Origin: Candidatus Latescibacterota bacterium
Lineage (GTDB): Bacteria; Latescibacterota; UBA2968; UBA8231
Direction of reading: 5' to 3'
Length of the DNA: 64,000 nucleotides
Assembly: GCA_965197905.1 (NCBI GenBank)
Contig: CBDAOB010000005.1
Location: 96,001 to 160,000 of the forward strand
Under the pieces are notes generated by a model. It worked only from the letters and a program-made list of their open reading frames with translations. It searched no databases and was not told the origin of the DNA. How positions within the stretch are numbered: the stretch's first letter is position 1; each line of letters opens with the position of its first letter. The translations under genes and the position numbers were made by a program. Below are positions 21,160 through 32,301 of this stretch, one piece after another.

Positions 21160-24100
21160 GTGAGACGAGCATCCTTCCTTTTCCTACTGCTCGTGCTCAC
21201 ATCTTGCAGTGCGGCAGCAGGGCAAGAAACCCCACAGCGCCTGGTGTTGCGTGAGGTGGAGCCGTCGTCCCCCTTCCTGCAGCGCCAACTTCCAGCCTAC
21301 CGCAACTACGCCTACACCAACTTCACAAACTATCCGAACCACAGCACGCCTTACACCGACCAACCGCGGACTTTCTACAATTCCCTTGGCAGTCACCTCA
21401 TCACCGGATACGAGATCTACAACTGGCGCGAGACACGGATGCCTGGACAGTAGTACGGCAGCGTCATGTTCAAACACATGAACACCTTTCGCCCGGTCTT
21501 TGACCAGGTGATGGTGGGCAGCGACGGCTATGGCCAATGGGGCTACAGCGCCATCCTTGGGGATGGCGTGATGGCCTACTTCACGCCGATGACCCTGGCC
21601 AAGGTCAATCTCAACGGCCTGCGGGTCGATTATTCCAGACCCAATCTCAAGATTACAACGGTGGCGTCTCGCCTGGAGCGTCAGGCTACCACGCGGACCT
21701 CATCCGGAGCCGCCTGGATCGTCGACGGAAGCTTTTTTGGCGATGACAACATCATGCTGCTCGGAAGCCGGGCCGAGGCGCAGATTGGAGCCCTGCGGTT
21801 GGGTTTGAACGGTGTCAATATGCACCTCTACCAGAGCACGCAGCCGGGCAACGGCCTCAAAGGTAGAGTACGGCCCAACCAACCGCTGATCGACCTGATC
21901 CTGCTGCGCATTGCCGACGATTCGCCCTCTGACGGCCGCGGGGGCCCGGTGGTCCAGGAGATGCAGCTCATCGTCAATGGCCAGGCGCGGCCGGAAATCC
22001 GACCGCAGGTACTGCGGCATCGGTCGGGCATCTCCACCCAGGTCGGGAGGATCTCCCAGTCGACCGGCGAATTCCGCCCGGTTCCGTACAACCGACCCAG
22101 GGCGATTTCCGGTGTCGCCGGTTCCGCCTTTTACCGGGACCGGGAGATGCCCCTCTTCGCCGACTATATCTACCGTTTTTCCCACGAGAGCGGCATAGAC
22201 GTGACTGAGGATACTAACCTGGCGGGGCTGCTGGCGAGTTTCGTGGTTGAATCTCCGGATGCAATCTTGAGCGCCGACGGGGAGGAGGTACTGATCTACC
22301 TGTTCGATGTCTCGCAGGAACCCGAGGTCCGATCCCTCGCGGTCGAAACTCTCATGGGCAATGACTACCACGTGGTGGTAGCAACCCTGTGGGAAGACAA
22401 CGCCCGCGCCCGCAACGTGCAAACGCAGTATAAGACCACCTATTACCGCACCGCGCTGCGCGCCAAAGGCAACATCCAGGATGTGTCGAATCTCAGGAGG
22501 GTGCGCTTCAAAATTGGCGAGGATACCGCGCTGTTCGTCTACGGTGTGGATGCCGCGTTCAACCTGGCAGGTCTGGAAATCAACGGCGAGTACGCGCGCT
22601 CGTCGCTGTACTCCCGTTACCCCGCCCATGTGCAGGGAGAGCGTCGATTCGACGAGGCGCCACGCTTCGCGACGCGCGATGCCGCCTACAACCTGCGGAT
22701 CCTGCGCTGGTTCGGTCGCGGTCGGGTGGGGGCGGAATACTTCTCCATGAATCCGAACTACACCACCGAGATACGCAGCTATCTGATGCGTCAGGCCGTC
22801 TACGACCAGGGGGACCTGGCGGGACTCACGAATCAAACGGTCTACTGGCGGCTAGTGCAGGACAACGATGATCGCGACCGCTTCGTCGATGCGCCTCTGG
22901 GGCACAACATCGCCGCCGGCCGCGATCAGGAGCACGTCGACCCTAATGGAACCTTCCCAGGCCACGACGAGGACAACGACGGCATCCCGGATACGAATCG
23001 CAACTTCAACAATCTGCCCGACTTCGAAGAGCCGTTCCTGATGTACTACGTAGAACCGAACAAATATGTCTACGGTCTCGATCGGAACAACAACAACGAA
23101 GTGGATCTGCGCGAGGACGATTGGGAGATAGACCTTCCATATGATCTGGATCAACGCGGTGTTCACTTCTTTGGCCACCTAGAGCTGACCCGGTTCTGGT
23201 CGATGGGTGTAGGTCGCCACGAGGTCGAAGAAGTGGCCGGTTCCGGGCGCAACAAATCCACCTACGCGTTGTTGAACTACCAGCGCGAGGGCGTTGCGCG
23301 GGTGCGGCGGATCTTCTTCGAGAATCATCTCCGCAGGGTCAAAGACGATATCCCCGATCCGTTCAACGAGTTGTCGGAAAGACCCCGCGTAGCATCCGTG
23401 GGAGCCGGAGACGGCTCCTTGGAGATCAGCAGTATCGGTTTTTTCAATCAGACGCGCGAGGATCCCCGGTTCTACCGGAACAGCTACGTCAACGAGACCT
23501 ACCTTGAAGGTGTGTTGAATCCCTGGTCCACCCTTTATCTGGCACAGAAGCTGCGGCTGCGCTTCAACTGGCAACAGGGGGGCACGTTGACAGGTGGGGA
23601 GGAACAGCGCGAGCATCGTTTGGATTTGCAGACAGTGGTCAGCCGCGCGGACTACACCTGGAACTGGGGCAAATTCAGTGTGAAGCCGCAGTTCAAGTTC
23701 ATGCTCTTTCGCCTGGTGGATCAGGATGCCGACCGCCAGGCCGACGGGACCTACGAGAGCCGTGCGCTCACGTCGGAACTTAGTGCGATTCCGATATTAC
23801 GTCTTGAGTATCCCGTAATGAGCCGAACGTTGATGCAAGTGGGATTCCAGGGGATCGGACCTTTGCCCTATCGCTTCAAAGACAAGGTGCGAGAACGTCA
23901 GAGTTTCGAGCGCCGCACCGCATTCGTCAACCTAATCAACCGCTCGTCCTACTTTGGCTACGATCTGTATACCATAGTCGGCTTCACCCGCGACCAGAAG
24001 GAGTTCGACGATGTTTTCCAACGGAACAGTACCGACCTGGGCGGCATACAGTCCGACCGTTATGGTCTGCTGCCCATACAGGTTCCCCGCCTAACCGGCG

Positions 24101-24168
24101 AGTTTAATGCCTGGTCCGTTTTCGCGCGGGCGCTGATCGGCTTCACCGACTTCGGACGCGCGCTCTAG
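21160..24168 (+). CDS. Large outer-membrane beta-barrel-like protein with Ca-binding DxDxDG loops, interrupted by an in-frame TAG at 21451-21453
   Basis: Signal peptide, then ..RMPGQ*YGSVMFKH.. in one frame; alternating aromatic beta-strands; DEDNDGIPD and DRNNNNEVD loops. Confidence 0.6.
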
Positions 24169-24372
24169 CGAAAATAGGGAGAGGATCCTCGAAGATTCTT
24201 GTGGCTAAGCTAGGGAACGTTAATACAACCAACATCTGTGCTCTGCCGCTGCGGGATACCACCCTCAATCACCGTACCCGGGACATTAGAACGCGGATGC
24301 GCGGTGATGAGGTGGTTGCGATGGACAATTTTGGGGCAGATCTGACTTTCTTCGACCCCTATGAGGGATAGC

Positions 24373-25044
24373 ATGGAACGTATCTTCCCGAACCTGTACC
24401 GGTTCACCGATTTCCGGTCTAGAAGCCGAAGCTATAGTTACCTGCTTGTTCGGAAAGAGGGTAACTTGCTGCTGCCCGGCTTCTTCACCTCGTTGTGCGA
24501 CCACTTCAAGGATATCGACAAAATGGGCGGCATCGACCTGCAGTTCATCACTCACTATCACGATCTGAACCCGGAGTTCCACGAGAAGGCGCACGATCAC
24601 TTCGGCTGCAAGCTGTGTTATCACAAGGCGGCGGGGGCGACGGTTCGAAAGCAGACCAAATGCCCGGCAGAGGAGTTCAGCAACGATGGACTGCAATTGG
24701 GCTCGGACTTCGAGGCCGTGTACTTTCCAGGTCACACGCCCGGCCATAGTGTCCACCGTTGGCGTCACAGACGTAAGCAGTTCGTGTTCTCGGGACACGT
24801 CATGAAGCTGGTCGACGGCGTTTGGGAGTTGTTCTTCAATCCCACCAAGGCAGACAAGGGCACGCGGTTCGATGATTTCGCCGAAGCGGACCACCTTCTG
24901 CCGACCTCATCACCCTACGGCACTGAGGAATTCCATACCTTCAATGGGCATACCAGGACCTCGTTCAACGAGGCAGTGAAACAGGCCTTGGAGGTCCCCA
25001 GTCCCGTGACTCGTCGCGTGCAGTTCAGGTGGACGAAGAGTTAG
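24373..25044 (+). CDS. MBL-fold metallo-hydrolase-like protein
   Basis: ITHYHD, PGHTPGH, FSGH. Confidence 0.75.
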   Translation: MERIFPNLYRFTDFRSRSRSYSYLLVRKEGNLLLPGFFTSLCDHFKDIDKMGGIDLQFITHYHDLNPEFHEKAHDHFGCKLCYHKAAGATVRKQTKCPAEEFSNDGLQLGSDFEAVYFPGHTPGHSVHRWRHRRKQFVFSGHVMKLVDGVWELFFNPTKADKGTRFDDFAEADHLLPTSSPYGTEEFHTFNGHTRTSFNEAVKQALEVPSPVTRRVQFRWTKS

Positions 25045-25173
25045 GCGGTAAGTCATTGAAGCGGATGTTCACGAGCATGGCGACAGCGCCAAGTGTTGCA
25101 GGACGCTTCGCTGCCCCTGATTCCGCATTTTAAGCTGTTTGAATCTTTTAAACACTCTCCAAAGGAGCAAGGG

Positions 25174-25545
25174 ATGGAACTCGGCACGTTCTCGATCAGC
25201 CTGGCTGTCAAGGATCTTCAGGCCTCGAAAACCTTTTATGAGAAGTTTGGTTTCACGGTTTTCGCCGGAGAGGCCTCCCAAAACTGGCTGATCATGAAGA
25301 ACGGCGAACACGCTATCGGTCTCTTTCAGGGCATGTTCGAGAAGAACACCATGACCTTCAATCCGGGTTGGGACAGCAACGCAGGCTTGCTCGACAGCTT
25401 TACCGACGTGCGCGAGCTTCAGCGCCAACTGAAGGCGGAAGGCGTGCAACTAATATCCGAGGCCGATGAGGCCACCGCGGGACCTGCCAGTTTCATTGCC
25501 GTCGACCCGGACGGGAATCCTATCCTCGTTGACCAGCATGTGTGA
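25174..25545 (+). CDS. VOC/glyoxalase family protein
   Basis: [29 protein letters not shown]. Confidence 0.9.
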   Translation: MELGTFSISLAVKDLQASKTFYEKFGFTVFAGEASQNWLIMKNGEHAIGLFQGMFEKNTMTFNPGWDSNAGLLDSFTDVRELQRQLKAEGVQLISEADEATAGPASFIAVDPDGNPILVDQHV

Positions 25546-25624
25546 TTGTGGATGTTCCGGCTTGGCATTGGCCAAGCTGAGGTCAAGAGCCGGGGAATAA
25601 GCTAGCAAATGCTGGAAACAAACC

Positions 25625-27526
25625 GTGTCTGGTAAGTACGAGAAACTATATACAAGGTCGCTCGACGACCCCGAAGGTTACTGGGCTGACGCCGCCGAAG
25701 AGGTCCACTGGTACAAGAAGTGGGACACTGTTTTCGATGACTCACGCTCGCCCTTCTATCAGTGGTTCAAGGGCGGCATGGTCAACAGCTGTTACAACGC
25801 GCTCGATCTGCATGTGGCCAACGGGCGAGCTGATCAACTGGCACTGGTCTACGACAGTCCTGTCACCGACACGATCAAGGCGTTCACCTTTCGTGAGTTA
25901 TTGGATCAAGTCGCCCACTTTGCCGGGGTGCTGGCCAGCCAGGGGGCGCAGAAAGGCGACCGGGTGCTCATCTATATGCCCATGGTGCCCGAGGCGGTCA
26001 TTGCCATGCTGGCCTGCGCCCGGATCGGAGCGGTCCACTCGGTAGTCTTCGGAGGATTCGCCGCAAACGAGCTGGCTACCCGCATCGATGATGCCAAACC
26101 GAAACTGATCGTTTCCGCCTCGTGTGGTATCGAGGTGGAGCGGGTGATACCTTACAAACCGCTACTCGATCAGGCGATCGAGATGGCCGCGGCAAAACCT
26201 AAGCGGACTATCATTCTCCAGCGTCCCCAGTCAGAGGCGTCCATGATTGCTGGGCGAGATCTGGATTGGTCTGAGCTGATGGCGGGTGCGAAACCGGTCG
26301 ATTGCGTGCCGGTTGCGGCAACCGATCCCCTATACATCCTTTATACTTCCGGTACAACGGGCATCCCCAAAGGGGTCGTGCGCGACAACGGGGGTCATCT
26401 GGTCGCGCTGAAATGGAGTATGGAAAATATCTACGGCGTTGTTGCCGGCGAGGTTTATTGGGCCGCATCGGACGTGGGTTGGGTCGTCGGTCACTCGTAT
26501 ATCGTTTATGCGCCTCTGTTCAAGGGCTGCACCAGCATTCTGTACGAAGGCAAACCTGTAGGCACACCCGACCCCGGCGCGTTCTGGCGGGTCATCGCCG
26601 AGCATGGGGTAAACGTCATGTTCACCGCGCCGACGGCCTTCCGAGCCATCAAACGCGAAGATCCCGACGGTGATTTTATCCGCAAGTACGATCTGAGCAC
26701 CTTCCGCACCCTCTTCCTCGCCGGTGAGCGATGCGATCCAGATACCCTCCTTTGGGCGAGGAGACTCCTGAACCTCCCGGTGATCGACCACTGGTGGCAG
26801 ACTGAGACCGGCTGGCCGATTGGGGCCAACTGTATCGGTCTGGGGAGTTTTCAGGTCAAGCCAGGCTCCTGTACGAAACCTGTCCCCGGTTTTGACGTGC
26901 GCGTGTTGGATGAGTCCGCCAAGGAACTGGCGGCCGATCAAATAGGCAGTATTGCCATCAAGCTGCCTTTGCCGCCCGGCTGCTTGCCGACCCTGTGGAA
27001 CAATGATGTCGGTTACCAGGAAGCTTACTTGAATGCCTTTCCCGGGTTCTATACGACAGCGGATGCCGGCTACAAGGATGAGGATGGTTACCTGTGGATC
27101 ATGAGCCGGACTGACGACATCATCAATGTGGCCGGGCATCGGTTATCAACCGGGGCGATGGAGGAAGTGCTCGCCTCCCATCCAGACGTTGCAGAATGCG
27201 CTGTCCTGGGTGTAGCGGACGAGATAAAGGGTGAGGTTCCGCTCGGAACGATCGTACTCAAGGCGGGCGTGGAGCGCGCCCACGGCGAGATTGTTCAGGA
27301 GCTGATTCAGATGGTGCGGGAGAAGATTGGTCCCGTCGCTTCCTTCAAGGTGGCGGCCGTCGTGAAGCGGCTACCCAAAACGCGATCGGGCAAGACCTTG
27401 CGCGGGACCGTGAAGAAGATCGCCGATGGGGTAGCTTACCGCATGCCGGCGACGATCGATGATCCGGCTATCCTGGACGAGATCGCCGAAGCCATTGCTT
27501 TGTTGGGTTACCCGAAACGACAGTGA
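25625..27526 (+). CDS. prpE: Propionyl-CoA synthetase
   Basis: YTSGTTG.PKGV.RDNGG, DHWWQTETG, LPKTRSGK, PATIDDP. Confidence 0.9.
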   Translation: MSGKYEKLYTRSLDDPEGYWADAAEEVHWYKKWDTVFDDSRSPFYQWFKGGMVNSCYNALDLHVANGRADQLALVYDSPVTDTIKAFTFRELLDQVAHFAGVLASQGAQKGDRVLIYMPMVPEAVIAMLACARIGAVHSVVFGGFAANELATRIDDAKPKLIVSASCGIEVERVIPYKPLLDQAIEMAAAKPKRTIILQRPQSEASMIAGRDLDWSELMAGAKPVDCVPVAATDPLYILYTSGTTGIPKGVVRDNGGHLVALKWSMENIYGVVAGEVYWAASDVGWVVGHSYIVYAPLFKGCTSILYEGKPVGTPDPGAFWRVIAEHGVNVMFTAPTAFRAIKREDPDGDFIRKYDLSTFRTLFLAGERCDPDTLLWARRLLNLPVIDHWWQTETGWPIGANCIGLGSFQVKPGSCTKPVPGFDVRVLDESAKELAADQIGSIAIKLPLPPGCLPTLWNNDVGYQEAYLNAFPGFYTTADAGYKDEDGYLWIMSRTDDIINVAGHRLSTGAMEEVLASHPDVAECAVLGVADEIKGEVPLGTIVLKAGVERAHGEIVQELIQMVREKIGPVASFKVAAVVKRLPKTRSGKTLRGTVKKIADGVAYRMPATIDDPAILDEIAEAIALLGYPKRQ

Positions 27527-27604
27527 GCCAGCTCGAATCAATGGTGCGGCCTTGCCTAGCAATTGCGAGGCGCCGCTGGGTTCCCACACTCAGGAATGCT
27601 ACGA

Positions 27605-28156
27605 GTGAAGCCGAAGGTTTCAGTCTTTATCGCAACGAGTCTCGACGGCTTCATAGCCCGCAAGAACGGCGAGCTCGATTGGCTGGATGCCGCCAATGCG
27701 ACCGTCTCCGAGGGTGAGGATTGTGGGTACGGCGCATTCATGCAAACGGTAGATGTGCTGGTGATGGGTCGCAATACCTACGAGAAGGTGTTGTCCTTCG
27801 GAGAATGGCCTTACAGGAAGACCCCTGTGGTCGTGCTGAGCGGCAGCCCCATTACTTTCCCGCCCGAGGTGCCTGAGACCGTTACCTGCTCCTCCGAAGA
27901 CCTGATTGCATTATGTGACCGGCTGTCCCGCGAAGGCGCAAGCCACATTTACGTCGATGGAGGCATTACGATTCAACGGTTTCTCGAGGCGCAGCTCATA
28001 GACGAGCTGACCATCACCCTGATCCCGATAATTCTTGGCGAAGGAACACCGCTTTTTGGCCCGACCCAGGGGGACGTGGCGTTGCAACATCTCGAGACAG
28101 TGGCGTTCGAATTCGGATTCGTCCAGGTGAAGTACTCTGTTGTCAGTGATGCATAA
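27605..28156 (+). CDS. Dihydrofolate reductase/RibD C-terminal family protein
   Basis: IATSLDGFIA, MGRNTY, YVDGG, LIDE, GEG.PLF; stop lies in GCATAAC, an attC-like left end. Confidence 0.9.
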   Translation: MKPKVSVFIATSLDGFIARKNGELDWLDAANATVSEGEDCGYGAFMQTVDVLVMGRNTYEKVLSFGEWPYRKTPVVVLSGSPITFPPEVPETVTCSSEDLIALCDRLSREGASHIYVDGGITIQRFLEAQLIDELTITLIPIILGEGTPLFGPTQGDVALQHLETVAFEFGFVQVKYSVVSDA

Positions 28157-28209
28157 CCAAGCGGACACCAACCCATGACTGCTCGAATAGTTCCTAGCGG
28201 AGGCTTAAT

Positions 28210-29970
28210 ATGACAAACGTGCAAACCGACGAATCAACTCGACAGAACCCGCTCCGGTTGTGGCCTGGCGTGATCGGCGTGTCACTGCTGTGGGTGGTCA
28301 GGTTTGGTGTGCCCATCGTCGTGCCTGAAGCTATCGCCTTCGGAGTGATCGGCGGACTCGTCGGTGGGCTGGCCATCGTGGTTTGGTGGGCGTTCTTCAG
28401 CCGGGCGTCACGGTCCGATCGCTGGGGCGCCGTTGTCCTGATGATAGTTGCACTGGTCGTGACCTCGCAAATCGTCCACGAGTCGATTGCGACGGCGATG
28501 ATGGGGATGATGTTCATCGTCTACGCCATCCCGGTCCTCAGCCTGCCCTTCGTCGTCTGGGCGGTGACCACCCGCAACTTTCCCGACCGGCCTCGGCGCA
28601 CTGCGATGGTCGCTACTATTCTGCTCGCCTGCGGCGGGTGGACGCTCGTCCGGACCGGTGGTTTTACCGGCGAGCTCGATCAGGATTTTGCATGGCGGTG
28701 GACGGACACTCCCGAGGAGCGGCTCCTGGCCGAAGGCGGCGACGAGCCCACGTCGCTCCCACTGGCTTCCGCAGAGGCGGCGACGGGAGCTGATTGGAAC
28801 GGCTTTCGTGGACCCGATCGCGACGGTGTTGTCCCTGGGATACGGATCGCAACTGATTGGTCCGTCTCGCCGCCGGTCGAGCTGTGGCGCCGGAATCTGG
28901 GACCGGGCTGGTCCTCCTTCGCGGTTCGGGGGGACCTCTTCTACACCCAGGAGCAGCGCGGCGACGACGAAGTCGTCGCTTGTTACAGGTTGACCACAGG
29001 TGAGCCGGTTTGGAAACACCGCGATACGGCCCGGTTCTGGGAGGCGAATGCCGGCGCTGGCCCGCGCGGGACCCCGATTCTCAGCGACGGTCGCGTGTAT
29101 ACCCTTGGCGGGACCGGCATCTTGAACGTGCTCGAGGCCGGTGACGGGACCTTAGTGTGGTCGCGCAATGCGGCGTCCGATACAGACGTGAAGGTTCCGC
29201 ACTGGGGTTTTGCCGGCTCGCCACTGGTGGTTGATGACGTCGTGGTCGTCGCCGCTGCCGGCACCCTCGTCGGTTACGACCTTGCGACTGGCGCGCCGCG
29301 CTGGTTCGGACCACCCGGTGGCGATGGCTACAGCTCGCCACATCTACTGACCATCGATGGAATCGCGCAGGTCCTGCTGATGGACGGGGATGGTGCCACC
29401 AGCGTCGCGCCGGCCGACGGTGGGTTACTCTGGGAGCATCCGTGGCCGGGCGGCAGCCGCATCGTGCAGCCGGCCCTCACTGCGAACGGTGACATCTTGA
29501 TCAGCGCAGGCGAGGAAAGCGGCGGCTCAGGACTGCGCCGGATCACCGTGGTGCAGGGAGCCGGCGGATGGACCGTCGATGAACGTTGGACCTCGATGGG
29601 GTTGAAACCCTACTTCAATGACTTCGTGGTTCACAAAGGACATGTCTTTGGGTTCGACCGCAGTATAATGGCATGTGTCGACGTCGAAGACGGCAAACGC
29701 ACATGGAAGGGCGGCCGTTATGGCTTCGGCCAGCTCGTTCTATTGCCCGACCAGGACGTGTTGCTGGTGCTGTCCGAAAGGGGGGAACTGGCGCTCGTGG
29801 CGGCGACCCCCGACCGGTTTACGGAGCTTGCGCGGTTTCCGGCAATCGAGGGCAAGACGTGGAACCACCCGGTGCTCGTCGGGGACATCCTTCTGGTTCG
29901 CAACGGTGAGGAGATGGTCGCGTTCCGGCTGACCTTAGCGGAAGACGGCAAGTATGCGATGCACCGATAA
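28210..29970 (+). CDS. Membrane-anchored PQQ-binding-like beta-propeller protein
   Basis: N-terminal TM helices; W..FRGP.RDG, GYSSP, KTWNHP. Confidence 0.85.
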   Translation: MTNVQTDESTRQNPLRLWPGVIGVSLLWVVRFGVPIVVPEAIAFGVIGGLVGGLAIVVWWAFFSRASRSDRWGAVVLMIVALVVTSQIVHESIATAMMGMMFIVYAIPVLSLPFVVWAVTTRNFPDRPRRTAMVATILLACGGWTLVRTGGFTGELDQDFAWRWTDTPEERLLAEGGDEPTSLPLASAEAATGADWNGFRGPDRDGVVPGIRIATDWSVSPPVELWRRNLGPGWSSFAVRGDLFYTQEQRGDDEVVACYRLTTGEPVWKHRDTARFWEANAGAGPRGTPILSDGRVYTLGGTGILNVLEAGDGTLVWSRNAASDTDVKVPHWGFAGSPLVVDDVVVVAAAGTLVGYDLATGAPRWFGPPGGDGYSSPHLLTIDGIAQVLLMDGDGATSVAPADGGLLWEHPWPGGSRIVQPALTANGDILISAGEESGGSGLRRITVVQGAGGWTVDERWTSMGLKPYFNDFVVHKGHVFGFDRSIMACVDVEDGKRTWKGGRYGFGQLVLLPDQDVLLVLSERGELALVAATPDRFTELARFPAIEGKTWNHPVLVGDILLVRNGEEMVAFRLTLAEDGKYAMHR

Positions 29971-29979
29971 GAGAGGCTC

Positions 29980-30219
29980 TTGGCCGCCTGGCCCGATGCG
30001 AAACGTTTCTATGATGTGAATCTGCGCAAGAAATCCTACACACCTGAGCTCATTGAGAACCTCTTGATGCTTTCTGCGCCGCTCATATATGGGTTGATGA
30101 TGGAATGGGATCTCGATCGAGTGGCCGCGTTCGCCAACCAACTGGGATCATTGGTGGCCTCCAGGCATGGTGGCATACCGCCATGGACCTTAGGGGAACT
30201 CATGGCTCTTGAAACCTAG
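29980..30219 (+). pseudogene. PfkB-family carbohydrate kinase remnant
   Basis: RFYDVNLR fused directly to C-terminal FANQLGSLVASRHGG.P; catalytic GAGD region absent. Confidence 0.65.
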
Positions 30220-30228
30220 AATGGTACC

Positions 30229-30894
30229 ATGATCACCACAGTCATATTCGACCTTGACGGTCTCCTCGCGGACACGGAGAAACTCCACCGCAGGGCTTAT
30301 CAGGATGCGTGCGAAGAGTTTGGATACGTGCTTCCCGACCAGCATTACGACGATCATTGGATTCGCGACGGGAAAGGCATCGTTGAATATCTTGCCGTTC
30401 AGCAACTGTCTCTCTGTGCCGACGAGATCCGCGTCAGGAAGGCGAAGAGATATGAACGTTTGGTCCGGTCGAGCGCTGAACCGATGCCCGGCGCGATCTC
30501 CGCCCTCGACCTATTGCGGACGAAATTGAGGATTACCCTGGCAACGTCGTCGTACCGCGATGCAGCATATGCGGTGTTGCAAACCCTCCGAATCGAGGGG
30601 AAGTTTGAACACATCGCGACGAAAGAGAGCGTCGAGCGTTTGAAGCCGTTCCCGGATGTCTTCCTTGGGGTGGCCACCGCTCTGGGAGTTTCACCAGGCG
30701 AATGCGTTGTTGTGGAAGATGCGCAGAAAGGAATTCTTGCGGCCGATTCTGCCGGCATGTCCAGCATCGCGGTTCCAACTGCGCAGACCCGGAACAATGA
30801 CTTCTCGAAGGCAACTGTCGTGCTTCGCTCGCTCGAGGAATTGACCTTCGAGACCATCGCAAAGTGCGCGGGGGAGACGTTTTCATTCAGATAG
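30229..30894 (+). CDS. HAD-family phosphatase
   Basis: FDLDGLLADTE, ATSS, KP.PD, VEDA..G. Confidence 0.92.
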   Translation: MITTVIFDLDGLLADTEKLHRRAYQDACEEFGYVLPDQHYDDHWIRDGKGIVEYLAVQQLSLCADEIRVRKAKRYERLVRSSAEPMPGAISALDLLRTKLRITLATSSYRDAAYAVLQTLRIEGKFEHIATKESVERLKPFPDVFLGVATALGVSPGECVVVEDAQKGILAADSAGMSSIAVPTAQTRNNDFSKATVVLRSLEELTFETIAKCAGETFSFR

Positions 30895-30949
30895 GTTAGG
30901 TTCTCGATGGAAAAGCCCAGGAAAATTATAAACCAGGAGGTTCATTCCC

Positions 30950-31318
30950 ATGACCACCAAATCATTTCACAAATCGGCTGATTGGAAGACCGGTCTGCGG
31001 ACCTACTTCGAGTACCGGGATCTAGGTATCGTGGAGGCCACCAAGGGTAAGGTCCTCGCACATGTCATCCGCGCGAGGGAATCTAGCAGCGGTCCAGGAG
31101 GATATCACACCCACGACCTCGAGTTTCAGATGAACTACGTGCTGAATGGTTGGACGCGGGTGGAGTTCGAAGATGATGGGGTGGTCCGCTTCGAAGCGGG
31201 GGACAGCTGGTACCAGGTCCCCAACATCAAACACGAGGTGCTCGAATTCTCCGAAGATTTCGAAGTCATCGAGATTACCATGCCGGCGCAGTTTCCAACG
31301 GCGGACGCACAACGATGA
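30950..31318 (+). CDS. Cupin-domain protein
   Basis: GLR..FEYRDLG, H.H...FQ..YVL.GW, IKH. Confidence 0.85.
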   Translation: MTTKSFHKSADWKTGLRTYFEYRDLGIVEATKGKVLAHVIRARESSSGPGGYHTHDLEFQMNYVLNGWTRVEFEDDGVVRFEAGDSWYQVPNIKHEVLEFSEDFEVIEITMPAQFPTADAQR

Positions 31319-31376
31319 GAGTGCGGCCACCTTACGCGAGGGGGTTGCGGCGGTGCCGGTCGGAGAGCGGCAAACA

Positions 31377-32159
31377 ATGAGCCGCTTGAACGGCAAGGTA
31401 GCGGCGATCACCGGTGGAGCATCCGGCATCGGAGAAGCCACAGTGCGGCTTTTCGTGGAGGAGGGTGCCCGCGTGGCTTTCGCCGATCGCGATGGCGATC
31501 GTGGTGCCGCCATCGCCGAAGAAATCAACGGGACCGGCGGAGACGTTTTTTTTGTGCAGGCTCACATGGAACGGGAAGCCGAAGCCATGGCATTCGTTCA
31601 AAGTGCCGTAGATCGCTTCGGTCAGCTCAATATCCTGGTGAACAATGTCGCCATGCGCCTCTATCAGACGGTAGTCGAGGCGAGTGAGGAGAGCTGGGAC
31701 ACGATCCTGGCAGTGAACGTCAAGAGTTACGCCTTCTGTGCCAAAGCGGCCATTCCCTTTCTATGCACTGCGGGCAGCGGCAGCATCGTAAATATAGCTT
31801 CCAACAACTCGATCATTGCCGGGATCAACACGGTTCAGTACGACACCACCAAGTCGGCGGTCGCCGGATTGACCCGGGGAATGGCTCGAGCCCATGCGGG
31901 CGACGGCATCCGCGCCAACGCCGTTTGTCCCGGACCTACCTATACGCCATTTCACCAGCAGCGTGCTGCGGCGGCCGGGAAAAGCGACGAGGCGTTCAAA
32001 GAGGAGTTCGGCCGGCCTTTGATGTTGAAACGGCCGGCGGTGCCGCGGGAGATCGCGGCGTGTGTCCTTTTCCTCGCTTCCGACGATGCATCGTTTGTGA
32101 CAGGGTCGTGCCTGGTTGCTGACGGCGGCCAGTCGGCAAACAGTAGTGTCCCCGGTTAA
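31377..32159 (+). CDS. Short-chain dehydrogenase/reductase
   Basis: TGGASGIG, YDTTK, IRANAVCPG, ASFVTG. Confidence 0.92.
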   Translation: MSRLNGKVAAITGGASGIGEATVRLFVEEGARVAFADRDGDRGAAIAEEINGTGGDVFFVQAHMEREAEAMAFVQSAVDRFGQLNILVNNVAMRLYQTVVEASEESWDTILAVNVKSYAFCAKAAIPFLCTAGSGSIVNIASNNSIIAGINTVQYDTTKSAVAGLTRGMARAHAGDGIRANAVCPGPTYTPFHQQRAAAAGKSDEAFKEEFGRPLMLKRPAVPREIAACVLFLASDDASFVTGSCLVADGGQSANSSVPG

Positions 32160-32301
32160 CATTCGAAATGGTTCGATATGAGAGGTCCAACCAGGCCGGC
32201 CCTAGCGAACGTAGGAATGCACGCAACGGTGGGTCTTGCAACTGGTTGCACTCACGACCTGGCGGCTGACGCGAGTAGGGCGTCACCTTGAGTGCAGTCG
32301 C

